This document shows, one piece after another, positions 32,098-42,977 of a DNA stretch of 64,000 bases. Source of the DNA: Deltaproteobacteria bacterium (lineage in GTDB: Bacteria; Myxococcota_A; UBA9160; PR03); the NCBI GenBank assembly GCA_031396445.1, contig JANNKU010000020.1, positions 1,302 to 65,301 of the forward strand, given 5' to 3'. Position numbers and translations under genes: made by a program. The notes under the pieces are model-generated. The model worked only from the letters and a program-made list of their open reading frames with translations, was not told where the DNA came from and did not search any database. Position 1 is the first letter of the stretch; each line of letters begins with the position of its first letter.

Positions 32098-33557
32098 ACA
32101 TCTTGCTCGTGACGCTCGACCAGTTTCGCGGCGATTGTCTCTCCGCCGCGGGTCATCCGATCGTGCGCACGCCGCACCTCGATCGTCTCGCGTCGCAAGG
32201 CGTGCGGCTCGCGCGTCACTACAGCCAGGCGGCGCCGTGCAGCCCTGGCCGCGCGTGCCTCTACACCGGCACGTACCAGCTCAACAACCGCGTCGTCGCG
32301 AACGGCACGCCGCTCGACGCGCGCTTCGACAATCTGGCGCTCGCCGCGCGCCGCGCCGGCTACGCGCCGACGCTCTTCGGTTACACCGACATGAGCATCG
32401 ACCCGCGCGACGCCGACGGACCGGATGATCCGCGGCTGTCGAGTTACGAGGGCTTGCTGCCCGGTTTCGACGTGGGTCTCGAACTGAGCGGCGGCGAGCA
32501 ACGCGGCTGGATCGATTGGCTCCGTGAACTCGGCTACCCCGCGCCTGCCAATGCCGACGAAGCGCTCGCGCTCGAATCGCAGCGCCCCGCCGAGCACAGC
32601 GTCTCGACCTTCCTTACCGATGCGCTGATCGAGTGGATCGATCGCCAGCGCGGTCCGTGGTTCGCGCACGCGAGCTACTTCCGACCGCATCCGCCGTACG
32701 CCGCGGCGGGGCTGTTCGCGCAGATGTACGACCCGGCCGCGATGGCGCTGCCGATCGAGCCGATCGCCGAACGACATCGCTTGCACGAAGGCTTGCTCCA
32801 CCACCGCCAGATCGCGGCGCCGCGCGGCGAAGCCGAGATCCGCGACCTGCGCGCGCAGTACTTCGGAATGCTGAGCGAGGTCGATCACCAGCTCGGCCGC
32901 GTTTGGGACGCGCTCGAACGCAACAAAATCTGGAGTGACACGTGGATCCTCGTCACTTCCGACCACGGCGAGCAGCTCGGGGATCATGGGCTGATCCAGA
33001 AAAGTGGCTACTTCGAGGGCAGCTATCACGTGCTCGGCATCGTGCGCGATCCGCGCGAGCGCGCGGCGCACGGCTCCGTGGTCGAGCGCTTCACCGAAAA
33101 CGTGGATGTATTCCCGACGCTCTGCGACGCGCTCGGGATCGAGACGCCGACGCAATGCGATGGCCTGCCGCTCACGCCCTTTCTGCGCGGCGAATCGCCG
33201 CCGTGGTGGCGCGACGCCGCGCACTGGGAGTTCGATTGGCGCTTCACGATGCTCGCGCACGGCCCGCACATGTGGCCGTGGGATCGGCGTCTCGAACGCC
33301 AACACCTTGCGGTGCTGCGCAGCGAGAGCATTGCGTATGTGCACTTCGGCGACGGCTCGTCGCTCTGCTTCGATCTCGCTGCCGACCCGACGTGGCGCAC
33401 CTTGGTGACGGACCCCGCGATCATTCTCGAGCAAGCGCAGGCGATGCTCTCCTGGCGCTCGCAACACAGCGATCGCACGCTGACCGGCTTGCTCGTCGAG
33501 GACGGCGGCGTCGGTCGCTGGCCGCCGATGCCCGCGACATGGCGAGGAGGTGGATGA
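32094..33557 (+). CDS. Sulfatase-family hydrolase (no signal peptide)
   Basis: ORF 487 aa: MNILLVTLDQFRGD..., formylglycine motif AAPCSPGRACLYTG, ...ILVTSDHGE. 4-nt overlap with the upstream gene. Confidence 0.85.
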   Translation: MNILLVTLDQFRGDCLSAAGHPIVRTPHLDRLASQGVRLARHYSQAAPCSPGRACLYTGTYQLNNRVVANGTPLDARFDNLALAARRAGYAPTLFGYTDMSIDPRDADGPDDPRLSSYEGLLPGFDVGLELSGGEQRGWIDWLRELGYPAPANADEALALESQRPAEHSVSTFLTDALIEWIDRQRGPWFAHASYFRPHPPYAAAGLFAQMYDPAAMALPIEPIAERHRLHEGLLHHRQIAAPRGEAEIRDLRAQYFGMLSEVDHQLGRVWDALERNKIWSDTWILVTSDHGEQLGDHGLIQKSGYFEGSYHVLGIVRDPRERAAHGSVVERFTENVDVFPTLCDALGIETPTQCDGLPLTPFLRGESPPWWRDAAHWEFDWRFTMLAHGPHMWPWDRRLERQHLAVLRSESIAYVHFGDGSSLCFDLAADPTWRTLVTDPAIILEQAQAMLSWRSQHSDRTLTGLLVEDGGVGRWPPMPATWRGGG

Positions 33558-33558
33558 G

Positions 33559-34731
33559 ATGACGCTGCGCGCGATTCCGCTCGACGTCGCTCCGATCGAA
33601 GTCGTCGGTGCGCTGGAACTCCGCCGCGCGCCGACGGGCTTCTCGCCGCGCCGACTGCCCGCGTGGACGGCGCCGCAGATCCCCGACGCATTCATGGATC
33701 TGATGGTGCAGATGACGTCGGGCGTGCGCATCGCGTTCCGCACCGACGCGCGCTGCATCGAGCTCGACGCAATGGTCACCGGCGTTCGCCTCGAAGGCGA
33801 GCTGCGCGCGCCGACCGTCTTCGATCTCGTCGTCGATGGCGAACTCTGCGAATCGCGCACGACCGACGGCGGTAACACGATCGTCGTCGATATGTCGCGC
33901 GCGCCATTCGGAGCGCGTCTCGAGCCGGGCGCTCCCTGCACGCTTCGCTTCGACGCGCTCCCGAGCGGCGCCAAGGAGATCGCGCTCTGGCTGCCGCAGG
34001 CGGCGGCTGTCGAGTTGCGCGCACTGCGGATCGACGCCGATGCATCGCTCGCGCCGCGCACGCCGATCGGCCCACGCTGGATCCACTACGGCTCGTCGAT
34101 CAGCCATTGCATGGAGGCGGCGAGTCCTCTCGGTGTATGGCCCGCCGTCGCAGCGCGGCGCGCGGGCGTAGATCTGCTCTCGCTGGGATTCGCCGGACAG
34201 TGTCACCTCGACGGCTTCGTCGCGCGCACGATCCGCGACCTCGACGCGGCGTTCATCTCCGCGAAGATCGGCATCAACGTGGTGAACGCGGACTCGCTGA
34301 AGGAGCGCACCTTCACGCCCGCGCTCCACGCATTCGTCGACACGATCCGCGAGCGCAAGCCGGATACGCCGCTGCTGCTGGTGTCGCCGATCGCGTGCCC
34401 GACCGCGGAGGATCACGTCGGCCCGACCGTGCGCGACGGGCACCACGTCGCCGTGCTCGACGCGCCCGCAGCCGTGCGGCCTGGCAGTCTCACGCTGCGG
34501 CGGATCCGCGAGCTGGTGGCCGGCGTCGTGGAAAAGCGTCGCGCGCTCGGCGACACGAACTTGCACTACCTCGACGGGCTCGCGCTCTTCGGCGCCGCCG
34601 ACGTCGCGGATCTCCCCGATGGTTTGCATCCGAACGCGGCTGGCTACGCGCGGATCGGCGAGCGCTTTGCCGAGCAGGTCTTCGGCGCGGGCGGCGCGTT
34701 CGCGGCGGGAAGCACGGGAGAGCGCGAGTAG
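33559..34731 (+). CDS. SGNH/GDSL hydrolase with N-terminal beta-rich domain
   Basis: ORF 33550..34731. ATG 33559 has GGAGG 8 nt upstream. WIHYGSSISHC (block I Ser), ...DGLHPNAAGYARIG (block V). Confidence 0.75.
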   Translation: MTLRAIPLDVAPIEVVGALELRRAPTGFSPRRLPAWTAPQIPDAFMDLMVQMTSGVRIAFRTDARCIELDAMVTGVRLEGELRAPTVFDLVVDGELCESRTTDGGNTIVVDMSRAPFGARLEPGAPCTLRFDALPSGAKEIALWLPQAAAVELRALRIDADASLAPRTPIGPRWIHYGSSISHCMEAASPLGVWPAVAARRAGVDLLSLGFAGQCHLDGFVARTIRDLDAAFISAKIGINVVNADSLKERTFTPALHAFVDTIRERKPDTPLLLVSPIACPTAEDHVGPTVRDGHHVAVLDAPAAVRPGSLTLRRIRELVAGVVEKRRALGDTNLHYLDGLALFGAADVADLPDGLHPNAAGYARIGERFAEQVFGAGGAFAAGSTGERE

Positions 34732-34779
34732 CCGCCGCTCACGCGCCTCGGGCGCCAGCGCATCTCACGGGCGGCGCGA

Positions 34780-35853
34780 TCAGCCGCCGAAGACGGGGAT
34801 GCCGCGCGCGAACGGCGCTTCGCCGGACGCGTCGTAGCCGGAGGCCGGTGCGTCTACGCGCCAGAGCGGTTCCCAGCAACCGTGCGCTTCGAGTAGCGCC
34901 TTCGCGTCGTCGCGCGCGACGCCGGTCAGCGCGTCGAAGTGCGCGCGCAGGCGCTCGAGACACCATACGCGGTAGCGCGAGACCGGCAGCGCGCGGTAGA
35001 GCGTGCGCTGGATTTCGACGTCGAAGCGCTTGCCGCGCGCCTTCCATGCCTCGGCGTTGGCGCATAGGTACGGCAGATACGCGTCGCCGATCTCACGCAG
35101 CAGCGGGCTCCACTCCGGCGGGACTCCCGCGACGATCGCGCCCAGCGTTTGCGAACCGCGCGCATTCCACATCCGCGCGAGCCACTCGTACACGGCGGGC
35201 GCACGCGTGAGCATGATCGCCGCCGGCGTCGGGTCGAGGCCGAAGTGGCGGAACATCGATGCGAAGAAGCCGAAGTCGGCGAGCGTCGGGCGGTCGCCAA
35301 GTAGAAATTGGCGGCTCGCGAGAATCGCGCTGAGTTGGTCAAGGCTGCGCAAGTAGATGCCTTCGACGTGCTCGCGTGTCGCCGCCGTCACTCCATCGCC
35401 GCGCACGTAGCGACGGAGCTGTCGCTGGCGGATCGCGAAGCGCTTCAGCGCGCCGGGCACCGGCACGCTGTGGATGATCTCGTCGACGATGCGCCGGCTC
35501 AGCAGCAATGCGTCACCGCGGTAGCTCCAGCGGTAGTGCAGCGCCGGCCGCCACAGCCACTCATCGGCGTAGTCCTCGACGAGCCGGCTCACGAACGCCT
35601 GCAGCGGATCGTGCGGGATCACGGGCGGCTCCGGATATTGCGACTCGAACCACGCGATCATCGGCGTGGTGTCGGTGATCCAGCGGCCATCGTCGAGCTC
35701 GACGGCGGGCATCTGCGTCGCGCCCGTGCGTCTGCCCACCTTGTTGCGCACGAGCGGCGTCATCGGCACGAAGTCGTACGGAATCTCCTTGTAGCGGAGA
35801 TAGGCTTCGAGCTTTCCGGTGAAGTACGAGATCTGCGAGCCGTAGACGCGCAT
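34780..35853 (-). CDS. Long GST-like protein, paralogue 1 (thioredoxin-fold N-terminus plus extended C-terminus)
   Basis: ORF 34780..35892 from ATG 35853: MRVYGSQISYFTGKLEAYLRYKEIPY..., VEDYADEWLWRPALHYRW, ...DPTPAAIM. 5 nt after the DUF1330 stop. Confidence 0.7.
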   Translation of the reverse strand: MRVYGSQISYFTGKLEAYLRYKEIPYDFVPMTPLVRNKVGRRTGATQMPAVELDDGRWITDTTPMIAWFESQYPEPPVIPHDPLQAFVSRLVEDYADEWLWRPALHYRWSYRGDALLLSRRIVDEIIHSVPVPGALKRFAIRQRQLRRYVRGDGVTAATREHVEGIYLRSLDQLSAILASRQFLLGDRPTLADFGFFASMFRHFGLDPTPAAIMLTRAPAVYEWLARMWNARGSQTLGAIVAGVPPEWSPLLREIGDAYLPYLCANAEAWKARGKRFDVEIQRTLYRALPVSRYRVWCLERLRAHFDALTGVARDDAKALLEAHGCWEPLWRVDAPASGYDASGEAPFARGIPVFGG

Positions 35854-35858
35854 CGGAA

Positions 35859-36305
35859 TCAGAGCGGGCCGGCGGTGGTCGCGATCAGCCATTGCCCTTC
35901 GAGTCCGGCGGCGCGATGCGCTCCGATCTCGCGCACGCGCGGGTCATTCACGATTTCGACGAAGGCGCGGCGCGACGGGTACTCGACCAGCGCGATCGCG
36001 TCGAAGGGCGTGTCGCTCGCACCGATCACGACCGAATCGACGCGTCCCATCCACAGGAAGCGGCCGCCGCGCTCCTCGACGATGCGGCGCATCGGCTCGC
36101 CATAGAGCCGGTACGCCTCGACGCCCGCGAGCGTTTCGTCCGGCGCGTCGGCGCGTTCCTTGAAGCGGAGCAGGTTCACCATCACGACGGGTACGTCAGG
36201 CGGTCCAGCGAGCAGCTCCTGAATCTGCGCGGGCGTCGGGTATTGGGCGATGCGCACGATTCTTCCTCGCAGGATCGGAGCCTGTTTCGCTTGATGTTCC
36301 GGCAT
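35859..36305 (-). CDS. DUF1330 (Dabb-fold) protein
   Basis: Last 148 aa of ORF 35859..37034: ...PVVMVNLLRFKERAD...FDAIALVEYPSRRAFVEIVNDPRVREI.... Start uncertain (ATG 36305 or GTG 36254). Confidence 0.7.
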   Translation of the reverse strand: MPEHQAKQAPILRGRIVRIAQYPTPAQIQELLAGPPDVPVVMVNLLRFKERADAPDETLAGVEAYRLYGEPMRRIVEERGGRFLWMGRVDSVVIGASDTPFDAIALVEYPSRRAFVEIVNDPRVREIGAHRAAGLEGQWLIATTAGPL

Positions 36306-36315
36306 ACCGTATGCC
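36301..36315. promoter_or_regulatory. 15-bp perfect palindrome GGCATACCGTATGCC in the divergent control region (candidate TetR operator)
   Basis: GGCATAC-C-GTATGCC at 36301-36315, at the DUF1330-gene edge of the 60-bp region between the divergent DUF1330 and GST-like genes. A TetR gene lies in the plus-strand operon. Confidence 0.3.
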
Positions 36316-36365
36316 AAAATGACCGCGTGGGCGACCGATCGAGCGTCGCCGAGGAGAAGCGTCCG

Positions 36366-37364
36366 ATGTCGAAGCTCCATCGCATTTTCGGAATCGAGCT
36401 GTCGCCGTACTCCGTCAAGGTACGGTCGTACTTCCGCTACAAGGGCATCCCGCACCAGTGGATCGTCCGCAACGCGATGACACAGGCCGAGTTCCAGAAG
36501 TACGCGAAGCTGCCGATCGTTCCGCTCGTGGTGACGCCGGACGGTGAAGGCATCCAGGATTCGACGCCGATCCTCGAGCGCTTCGAGGCCGCGCATCCCG
36601 AGCCCAGCATTTACCCGCCTGATGCCATCGCTGCGTTCGTCTCGACACTGCTCGAAGAGTTCGGCGACGAGTGGGGCAACAAGTGGATGTTCCACTATCG
36701 CTGGGCGCGCGAAGTCGATCAGCTCTGTTCCGCCGGCCGCATCGCGCGCGCGATGATGCCCGCCGCGAACGAGGAAGAGCACGCGGGCATGACCGCGCAG
36801 ATCCGCGAGCGCATGGTGGGCCGCGTCTGGTTCGTCGGATCGAACGCCGCGACGGCGCCGCAGATCGAAGCCTCGTTCCGCGAAACGATCGTGTTGCTCG
36901 ACGCGCACCTCGCGACGCGTCCGTATCTCTTTGGCGCGCGTCCCGCGTTTGGCGATTTCGGCTTGTGGGCGCAGCTCTACGAGGCGTGGACGGATCCCAC
37001 GCCGGGCGCACTGATCGAAGGTCGCGCGCCGCATCTGCTCGACTGGCTACACCGGATGCTGTGGCCCCGCGCGGAGGGCGACTTCGAGCCTTGGTCCGCG
37101 CTCGAAGCGACGCTGCTGCCGCTGCTCGAGCAGCAGGTCGGTCGGCTCTTCCTGCCGTGGTCGGTGGCGAACGCCGGGGCGATCGCGAGCGGCAGCGAGA
37201 CGTTCAGCATCGAGCTCGCGAATGAGACCTGGACGCAGAAGCCGCAGAAGTACCACGCGAAGTCGCTGCAAGCGCTGCGCGCGAAGTACGCGGCCGTCGC
37301 CAGCGATCGCGCGCTCGAAGCGGTGCTCGCGCGCGCAGGCTGTCTCGCGGCGCTGCACGGCTGA
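36366..37364 (+). CDS. Long GST-like protein, paralogue 2
   Basis: ORF 35892..37364 from ATG 36366: MSKLHRIFGIELSPYSVKVRSYFRYKGIPH..., LEEFGDEWGNKWMFHYRW, ...DPTPGALI. Confidence 0.7.
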   Translation: MSKLHRIFGIELSPYSVKVRSYFRYKGIPHQWIVRNAMTQAEFQKYAKLPIVPLVVTPDGEGIQDSTPILERFEAAHPEPSIYPPDAIAAFVSTLLEEFGDEWGNKWMFHYRWAREVDQLCSAGRIARAMMPAANEEEHAGMTAQIRERMVGRVWFVGSNAATAPQIEASFRETIVLLDAHLATRPYLFGARPAFGDFGLWAQLYEAWTDPTPGALIEGRAPHLLDWLHRMLWPRAEGDFEPWSALEATLLPLLEQQVGRLFLPWSVANAGAIASGSETFSIELANETWTQKPQKYHAKSLQALRAKYAAVASDRALEAVLARAGCLAALHG

Positions 37365-37395
37365 TCATCCCGACACAGAACGGCGAGGAGAATCC

Positions 37396-38439
<1,044 letters not shown>

Positions 38440-38443
38440 CGCG

Positions 38444-39061
38444 ATGCCCAGCTCGAATGCGATTCGCAGCCCCGCACTCCGCGAGCCGTCGTCCGACGGC
38501 CGCCAGCGGCGCAGCGAGCGCAGTCGCGAAGCCATTGTTCAGGCGCTCATCGACCTCGTCGGCGAAGGCATCCTGCAACCCACGGCGCAACAAGTGGCCG
38601 AGTCGGCGGGCGTCGGTATCCGCAGCGTGTTCCGCCACTTCGCCGACATGGACTCGTTGTTCGCCGAGATGGATGCGCGGCTGCAGGCCGAAGCGCTGCC
38701 GCTGCTGCGCGGCGATCCGCCCGACGCGAACGTCGAGAAGCGCGCGCGCGCGCTGATCGATCGCCGCATCGCGTTCTTCGAGAAGATCGCTCCGTTCAAG
38801 CGCGCGGGAACGATCCAGCGCTGGCGCTCGCCGTTTCTGCGCGGCCAACACGGCGTGCTGGTGCGCGCGCTGCGCACCGATCTGTTGCGCTGGCTCCCGG
38901 AATTGAGACGCGCGCCGGCTGATCTCGTCGAGGCCTTCGATCTGGCGTTGTCGTTCGAAGCATGGGATCGCCTGCGCACCGACCAGCGTCTCGGCCGCGA
39001 TCGCGCTCGCGACGCGCTTTTGCGTATTGTGCTGGCGCTTCTGTCTGCGTGCGATCACTGA
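38444..39061 (+). CDS. TetR-family transcriptional regulator
   Basis: ORF 205 aa. HTH: REAIVQALIDLVGEGILQPTAQQVAESAGVGIRSVFRHFADMDSL. Confidence 0.85.
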   Translation: MPSSNAIRSPALREPSSDGRQRRSERSREAIVQALIDLVGEGILQPTAQQVAESAGVGIRSVFRHFADMDSLFAEMDARLQAEALPLLRGDPPDANVEKRARALIDRRIAFFEKIAPFKRAGTIQRWRSPFLRGQHGVLVRALRTDLLRWLPELRRAPADLVEAFDLALSFEAWDRLRTDQRLGRDRARDALLRIVLALLSACDH

Positions 39062-39079
39062 CACATCGAGGAGTGCACC

Positions 39080-40108
39080 GTGCTCGAAGCGCCGCTGACG
39101 ATCGTCGGAATGCCCGGTTCGCCGTACAGCCGCAAGCTGCGCGCGGTACTGCGCTACCGGCACCTTCCGCATCGGTGGGTCCATCAGGGTTCGCCGGAGG
39201 CGCGCGGGTTGCCGCGTCCGCGCGTGATGCTGCTGCCGTGTCTGATTCTGCCGGGCGCAGACGGCACGCTCGAAGCCGCCGTCGATTCGACGCCGCTGAT
39301 CCGACGCCTCGAAGCGTTGCAGCCGGGGCGTTCGGTGATTCCGCCCGATGCCGCGCTCGCGTTTCTCGATGCGCTGCTCGAAGACTACGCCGACGAGTGG
39401 CTGACGAAGGCGATGTTCCATTACCGCTGGGCATTCGCGCCCGATATCGCGAAGGCCGCGGCGATCCTGCCGCGCTGGTCGCGCACGGATCAGCCGGAGG
39501 AGCAGGCGCTGGCGTTCGGCCGCATCTTCGCGGAGCGACAGATCGCGCGACTCGGTGTCGTCGGCTCGAACGACACGACGGCGCCGGTGATCGAGTCGAG
39601 CTACCGGCGCTTGCTGCAAGTGCTCGACGCGCACCTCGAAACGTCGCGCTTCGTCTTCGGCGGACGACCGGCTGCGGCGGACTTCGCGCTCTACGGTCAA
39701 CTGACGCAGCTCGCTGCTTTCGATCCCACGCCGTCGGCGATCGCGCTCGAGACGGCGCCGCGCGTCGTCGCATGGGTAGACAGCGTCGAGGATCTCTCCG
39801 GTCTCGCACTACGCGACGAAGAATGGCTGCGCGCCGATGCAATTCCGGCGACATTGCGCGCGCTCTTCGGGGAAATCGGCCGCGTCTACGCGCCGTTCCT
39901 GCTCGCGAACGCCGACGCGATCGCGCGCGGCGCCGATCGCGTTGCGTGCACGATCGACGGCCTCGCGTGGGTGCAGACGCCGTTCCCGTACCAGGCGAAG
40001 TGCCTCGGTTGGCTGCGCGATTCGCACGCGGCGCTCGCTGCGCACGACGCCAAGCTCGTCGACGCCGTGCTGAGCGGCACCGGTTGCGAACCACTCTTTG
40101 CGAACTGA
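39080..40108 (+). CDS. Long GST-like protein, paralogue 3
   Basis: ORF 342 aa (GTG): ...GMPGSPYSRKLRAVLRYRHLPH..., LEDYADEWLTKAMFHYRW, ...DPTPSAIA. Confidence 0.7.
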   Translation: MLEAPLTIVGMPGSPYSRKLRAVLRYRHLPHRWVHQGSPEARGLPRPRVMLLPCLILPGADGTLEAAVDSTPLIRRLEALQPGRSVIPPDAALAFLDALLEDYADEWLTKAMFHYRWAFAPDIAKAAAILPRWSRTDQPEEQALAFGRIFAERQIARLGVVGSNDTTAPVIESSYRRLLQVLDAHLETSRFVFGGRPAAADFALYGQLTQLAAFDPTPSAIALETAPRVVAWVDSVEDLSGLALRDEEWLRADAIPATLRALFGEIGRVYAPFLLANADAIARGADRVACTIDGLAWVQTPFPYQAKCLGWLRDSHAALAAHDAKLVDAVLSGTGCEPLFAN

Positions 40109-40118
40109 GGCGAATCGC

Positions 40119-40754
40119 ATGAGCACTCTCTGGATCTGGGTCGGCGCGCTGCTGCTCTACGGCACGTTCTGGTTCTGGTACGTCGGCCTGCCGCGCCCGC
40201 TCGCGCCCGCCGAGATCGACGCGCACATGGCAATTGTCGCGGCATCGGGCATCGACGTCACGCCCGAACAGCTCGCGTTGCTGCGCACCTTTCTCGAAAC
40301 CGACGACGGCCGCGAGTTCTTCATGCTGAACCTCGTGCGCATCAACCCGGGCCCCGTGCTCGCGCCCGGCGCCACCGAAGTGAGTGACGCGCGCAGCGTT
40401 CTCGATGGCTACACGCGGCACTTCATGCCGGCGCTCTTTCACCGCGCCGGGCATCCGGCATTCTTCGGCCGCGCCGCCGGTGGCTACCTCGAGCAGTGGA
40501 ACGCCGCGCCCGATCCCGGCTGGACCTTCGGCGCCGCGATCCGCTACCGCAGCCGGCGCGACATGATCGAGCTCGTGGTCGACCCGCGTTTCGCCAACGC
40601 GCACGAGTTCAAGGCCGCGGCGATCGCGACGACGTTTGCGTTTCCCACCTCGCCTGGCTTCGTGATGGTCGGCCCGAAGATCTGGATCGGCCTCGTACTC
40701 GCGCTGCTCGCAGCGCTCGGGCAACTCGCCGTCGGTGCCACGAGGCAAGGATGA
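40119..40754 (+). CDS. Membrane-anchored DUF1330-like protein
   Basis: ORF 40098..40754 from ATG 40119. N- and C-terminal hydrophobic helices. Core FFMLNLVRINPG...AAIRYRSRRDMIELVVDPRFANAHEFK parallels the DUF1330 protein at 35859. Confidence 0.5.
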   Translation: MSTLWIWVGALLLYGTFWFWYVGLPRPLAPAEIDAHMAIVAASGIDVTPEQLALLRTFLETDDGREFFMLNLVRINPGPVLAPGATEVSDARSVLDGYTRHFMPALFHRAGHPAFFGRAAGGYLEQWNAAPDPGWTFGAAIRYRSRRDMIELVVDPRFANAHEFKAAAIATTFAFPTSPGFVMVGPKIWIGLVLALLAALGQLAVGATRQG

Positions 40755-42415
40755 CGCTGCGCAGAGTCGCGACGATCGTCGCGTCATTCGTGTTCGGACT
40801 CGCGATCGCTCTCTACCTCTCCTTCGACTTCCTGATCCTGCACGCGCCGGGCTGGATCGGGCGTTGGCGCGATCCGATCGCCGCGAATCGCCCGATGGTC
40901 TGGGAACAAGGTCCGGCGAAACCCGCTGCGCCGAGCGCGGCGCGACCGCCGAACATCGTCGTGATCGTCGCCGACGATCTCGGCTACAACGATCTCAGCT
41001 TCGCCGGCGGCGGCGTCGCGAACGGCGCGGTGCCGACGCCGAGCATCGACTCGATCGCGCAGCAAGGCGTCGAGTTCACGCGCGGCTACGCGGGCAACGC
41101 CACCTGCGCGCCGTCGCGCGCGGCGATCCTGACCGGTCGCTACCCGACGCGATTCGGTTTCGAGTTCACGCCGGCGCCAAAGACATTCATGCGCCTCATC
41201 GCGCGCCGCGGTCACGATGCAGCGCGGCCGCCGCGCTACTTCGCCGAGCGCGAGTCGGACGTGCCGCCGATGGAGGAGCAGGGTCTGCCGACTAGCGAGA
41301 TCACGATCGCCGAGTTGTTGCAGCAGCGCGGCTATCGAACGCTCGGGCTCGGCAAGTGGCACCTCGGTGAGGCGCCGCCGATGCGTCCCGGCGCGCAGGG
41401 CTTCGACCACTATCTCGGCTTCCTGCCGGGCGGGGCGCTCTATCTGCCGCTCGATGATCCCGCTGGCGTCGAATCGCACCAGGACTTCGATCCGATCGAC
41501 GCATTTCTGTGGCCCAACCTCTCGTTCGCGGTCGCCGAAGATGGCGGCCCGCGTTTCGCGCCGTCGGCGTACATGACGGAGTACCTGGCCGACGAGGCGG
41601 TGCGCGCGATCGAGGCGAATCGCAACCGACCGTTCTTCCTGTATCTCGCCTTCAACGCGCCGCACACGCCGCTGCAAGCACTGCGCGCGGACTACGACGC
41701 GCTGCCGCAAATCGAGAGCCACACGCTGCGCGTCTACGCCGCGATGATCCGCGCGCTCGATCGCAGCGTCGGCCGCGTGCTCGACTCGCTGCGCGCGCAA
41801 GGTCTCGAGGAGAACACGCTGGTGATCTTCACCAGCGACAACGGCGGCGCCAACTACATCGGGCTGCCCGAGATCAATGCGCCGTACCGCGGCTGGAAGA
41901 TGACCTTCTTCGAGGGCGGCGTGCACACGCCGTTCTTCGCGAAGTGGCCGGCGGCGTTGCCGCGTGGCATCCAGATCGATGCTCCGGTGGCGCACGTGGA
42001 CATCTTCGCGACGGCGGCTGCTGCGGCTGGGGCGACACCGCCCGCTGATCGCGTGATCGACGGCATCGATCTGGCGCAATTGGCGCGTGGCGTCGCGCCC
42101 GTTCGCGAACACGACGCGCTCTTCTGGCGCTCCGGCCACTACCGGTCCGTGCTCGCGCGCGGTTGGAAGCTGCAAGTCTCCGAGCGCCCCAAGCAAAGCT
42201 GGCTCTTCGACATGAAGGAAGATCCGACCGAACGCGTGAATCTCGCGGCGACGCGACCGGAGAAAGTGCAGGAGCTCGCGGCGATTCTCGCATCGCACGA
42301 AGCGCAGATGGTGCCGCCGAAGTGGCCCGCACTGATAGAGGGACCGATCGCGATCGATCATCCGCTCGGCGTGCCGGATCGGCCCGACGACGAAGTGGTG
42401 GACTGGGCGAACTGA
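40751..42415 (+). CDS. Membrane-anchored sulfatase
   Basis: ORF 40496..42415 from ATG 40751 (ATGA overlap). N-terminal TM helix, NIVVIVADDLGYNDL, formylglycine motif NATCAPSRAAILTG, IFTSDNGG. Confidence 0.85.
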   Translation: MTLRRVATIVASFVFGLAIALYLSFDFLILHAPGWIGRWRDPIAANRPMVWEQGPAKPAAPSAARPPNIVVIVADDLGYNDLSFAGGGVANGAVPTPSIDSIAQQGVEFTRGYAGNATCAPSRAAILTGRYPTRFGFEFTPAPKTFMRLIARRGHDAARPPRYFAERESDVPPMEEQGLPTSEITIAELLQQRGYRTLGLGKWHLGEAPPMRPGAQGFDHYLGFLPGGALYLPLDDPAGVESHQDFDPIDAFLWPNLSFAVAEDGGPRFAPSAYMTEYLADEAVRAIEANRNRPFFLYLAFNAPHTPLQALRADYDALPQIESHTLRVYAAMIRALDRSVGRVLDSLRAQGLEENTLVIFTSDNGGANYIGLPEINAPYRGWKMTFFEGGVHTPFFAKWPAALPRGIQIDAPVAHVDIFATAAAAAGATPPADRVIDGIDLAQLARGVAPVREHDALFWRSGHYRSVLARGWKLQVSERPKQSWLFDMKEDPTERVNLAATRPEKVQELAAILASHEAQMVPPKWPALIEGPIAIDHPLGVPDRPDDEVVDWAN

Positions 42416-42419
42416 CGCT

Positions 42420-42965
42420 TCAGGAAGCGAGCGCGTCGCGGCCCTCGCGCAACACCGCATCGAAACGCGCTTCGAGCGCGGCATTCACGCCACGACAACC
42501 CGCGACGACGCGCTCGGACCAGTCGAGATAGGCGACGCGCCGCTCGCGGTCCCAATCTGGCGGCGGCGCATGGGTGACGTCGCGCACGTTGCAGATCTTG
42601 TCGCCGAGTTTCACCAGCTTGGCCGCCGGCGAAATCGTGCGCGCGTGTTCGATCTGCAGGCGTTTGCGCTCCGCCTTCTCCAGCGACTTGTCGTCGGTCA
42701 CCGCCGCCACGATCTCGGCAACGCGCGCGCCGAACGCCATGCGGAGCTCCGCCTCACTGGTGTCGGTGTCTTCGATCGTGTCGTGCAGGATCGCAGCGCG
42801 CAGCACGTCGAGATCGGCGACGTCGCCGATCTGCGCCAGCACATTCGCAACGTCGATCGGATGATTGATGTAGGGCGACTCGTCGAGATCCTTGCGCTTT
42901 TGCGTGCGGTGCCTCGTGGCGGCAAATTGAATGGCGGCGAGCAGGTCGCGAAGCTGGGTTTCCAA
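42420..42965 (-). CDS. HD-domain protein, small alarmone (ppGpp) hydrolase / Mesh1-like
   Basis: ORF 181 aa (TTG start, GGGAGA upstream): FAATRHRTQKRKD...PYINHPIDVANVL...AAILHDTIEDT... Confidence 0.8.
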   Translation of the reverse strand: METQLRDLLAAIQFAATRHRTQKRKDLDESPYINHPIDVANVLAQIGDVADLDVLRAAILHDTIEDTDTSEAELRMAFGARVAEIVAAVTDDKSLEKAERKRLQIEHARTISPAAKLVKLGDKICNVRDVTHAPPPDWDRERRVAYLDWSERVVAGCRGVNAALEARFDAVLREGRDALAS

Positions 42966-42977
42966 GTCGTCTCCCGA

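Noticed and set aside
31881-34061. 726-aa minus-strand ORF
   Set aside because: It is antisense to the FG-GAP, sulfatase and SGNH genes, which carry clear motifs. No motifs of its own.
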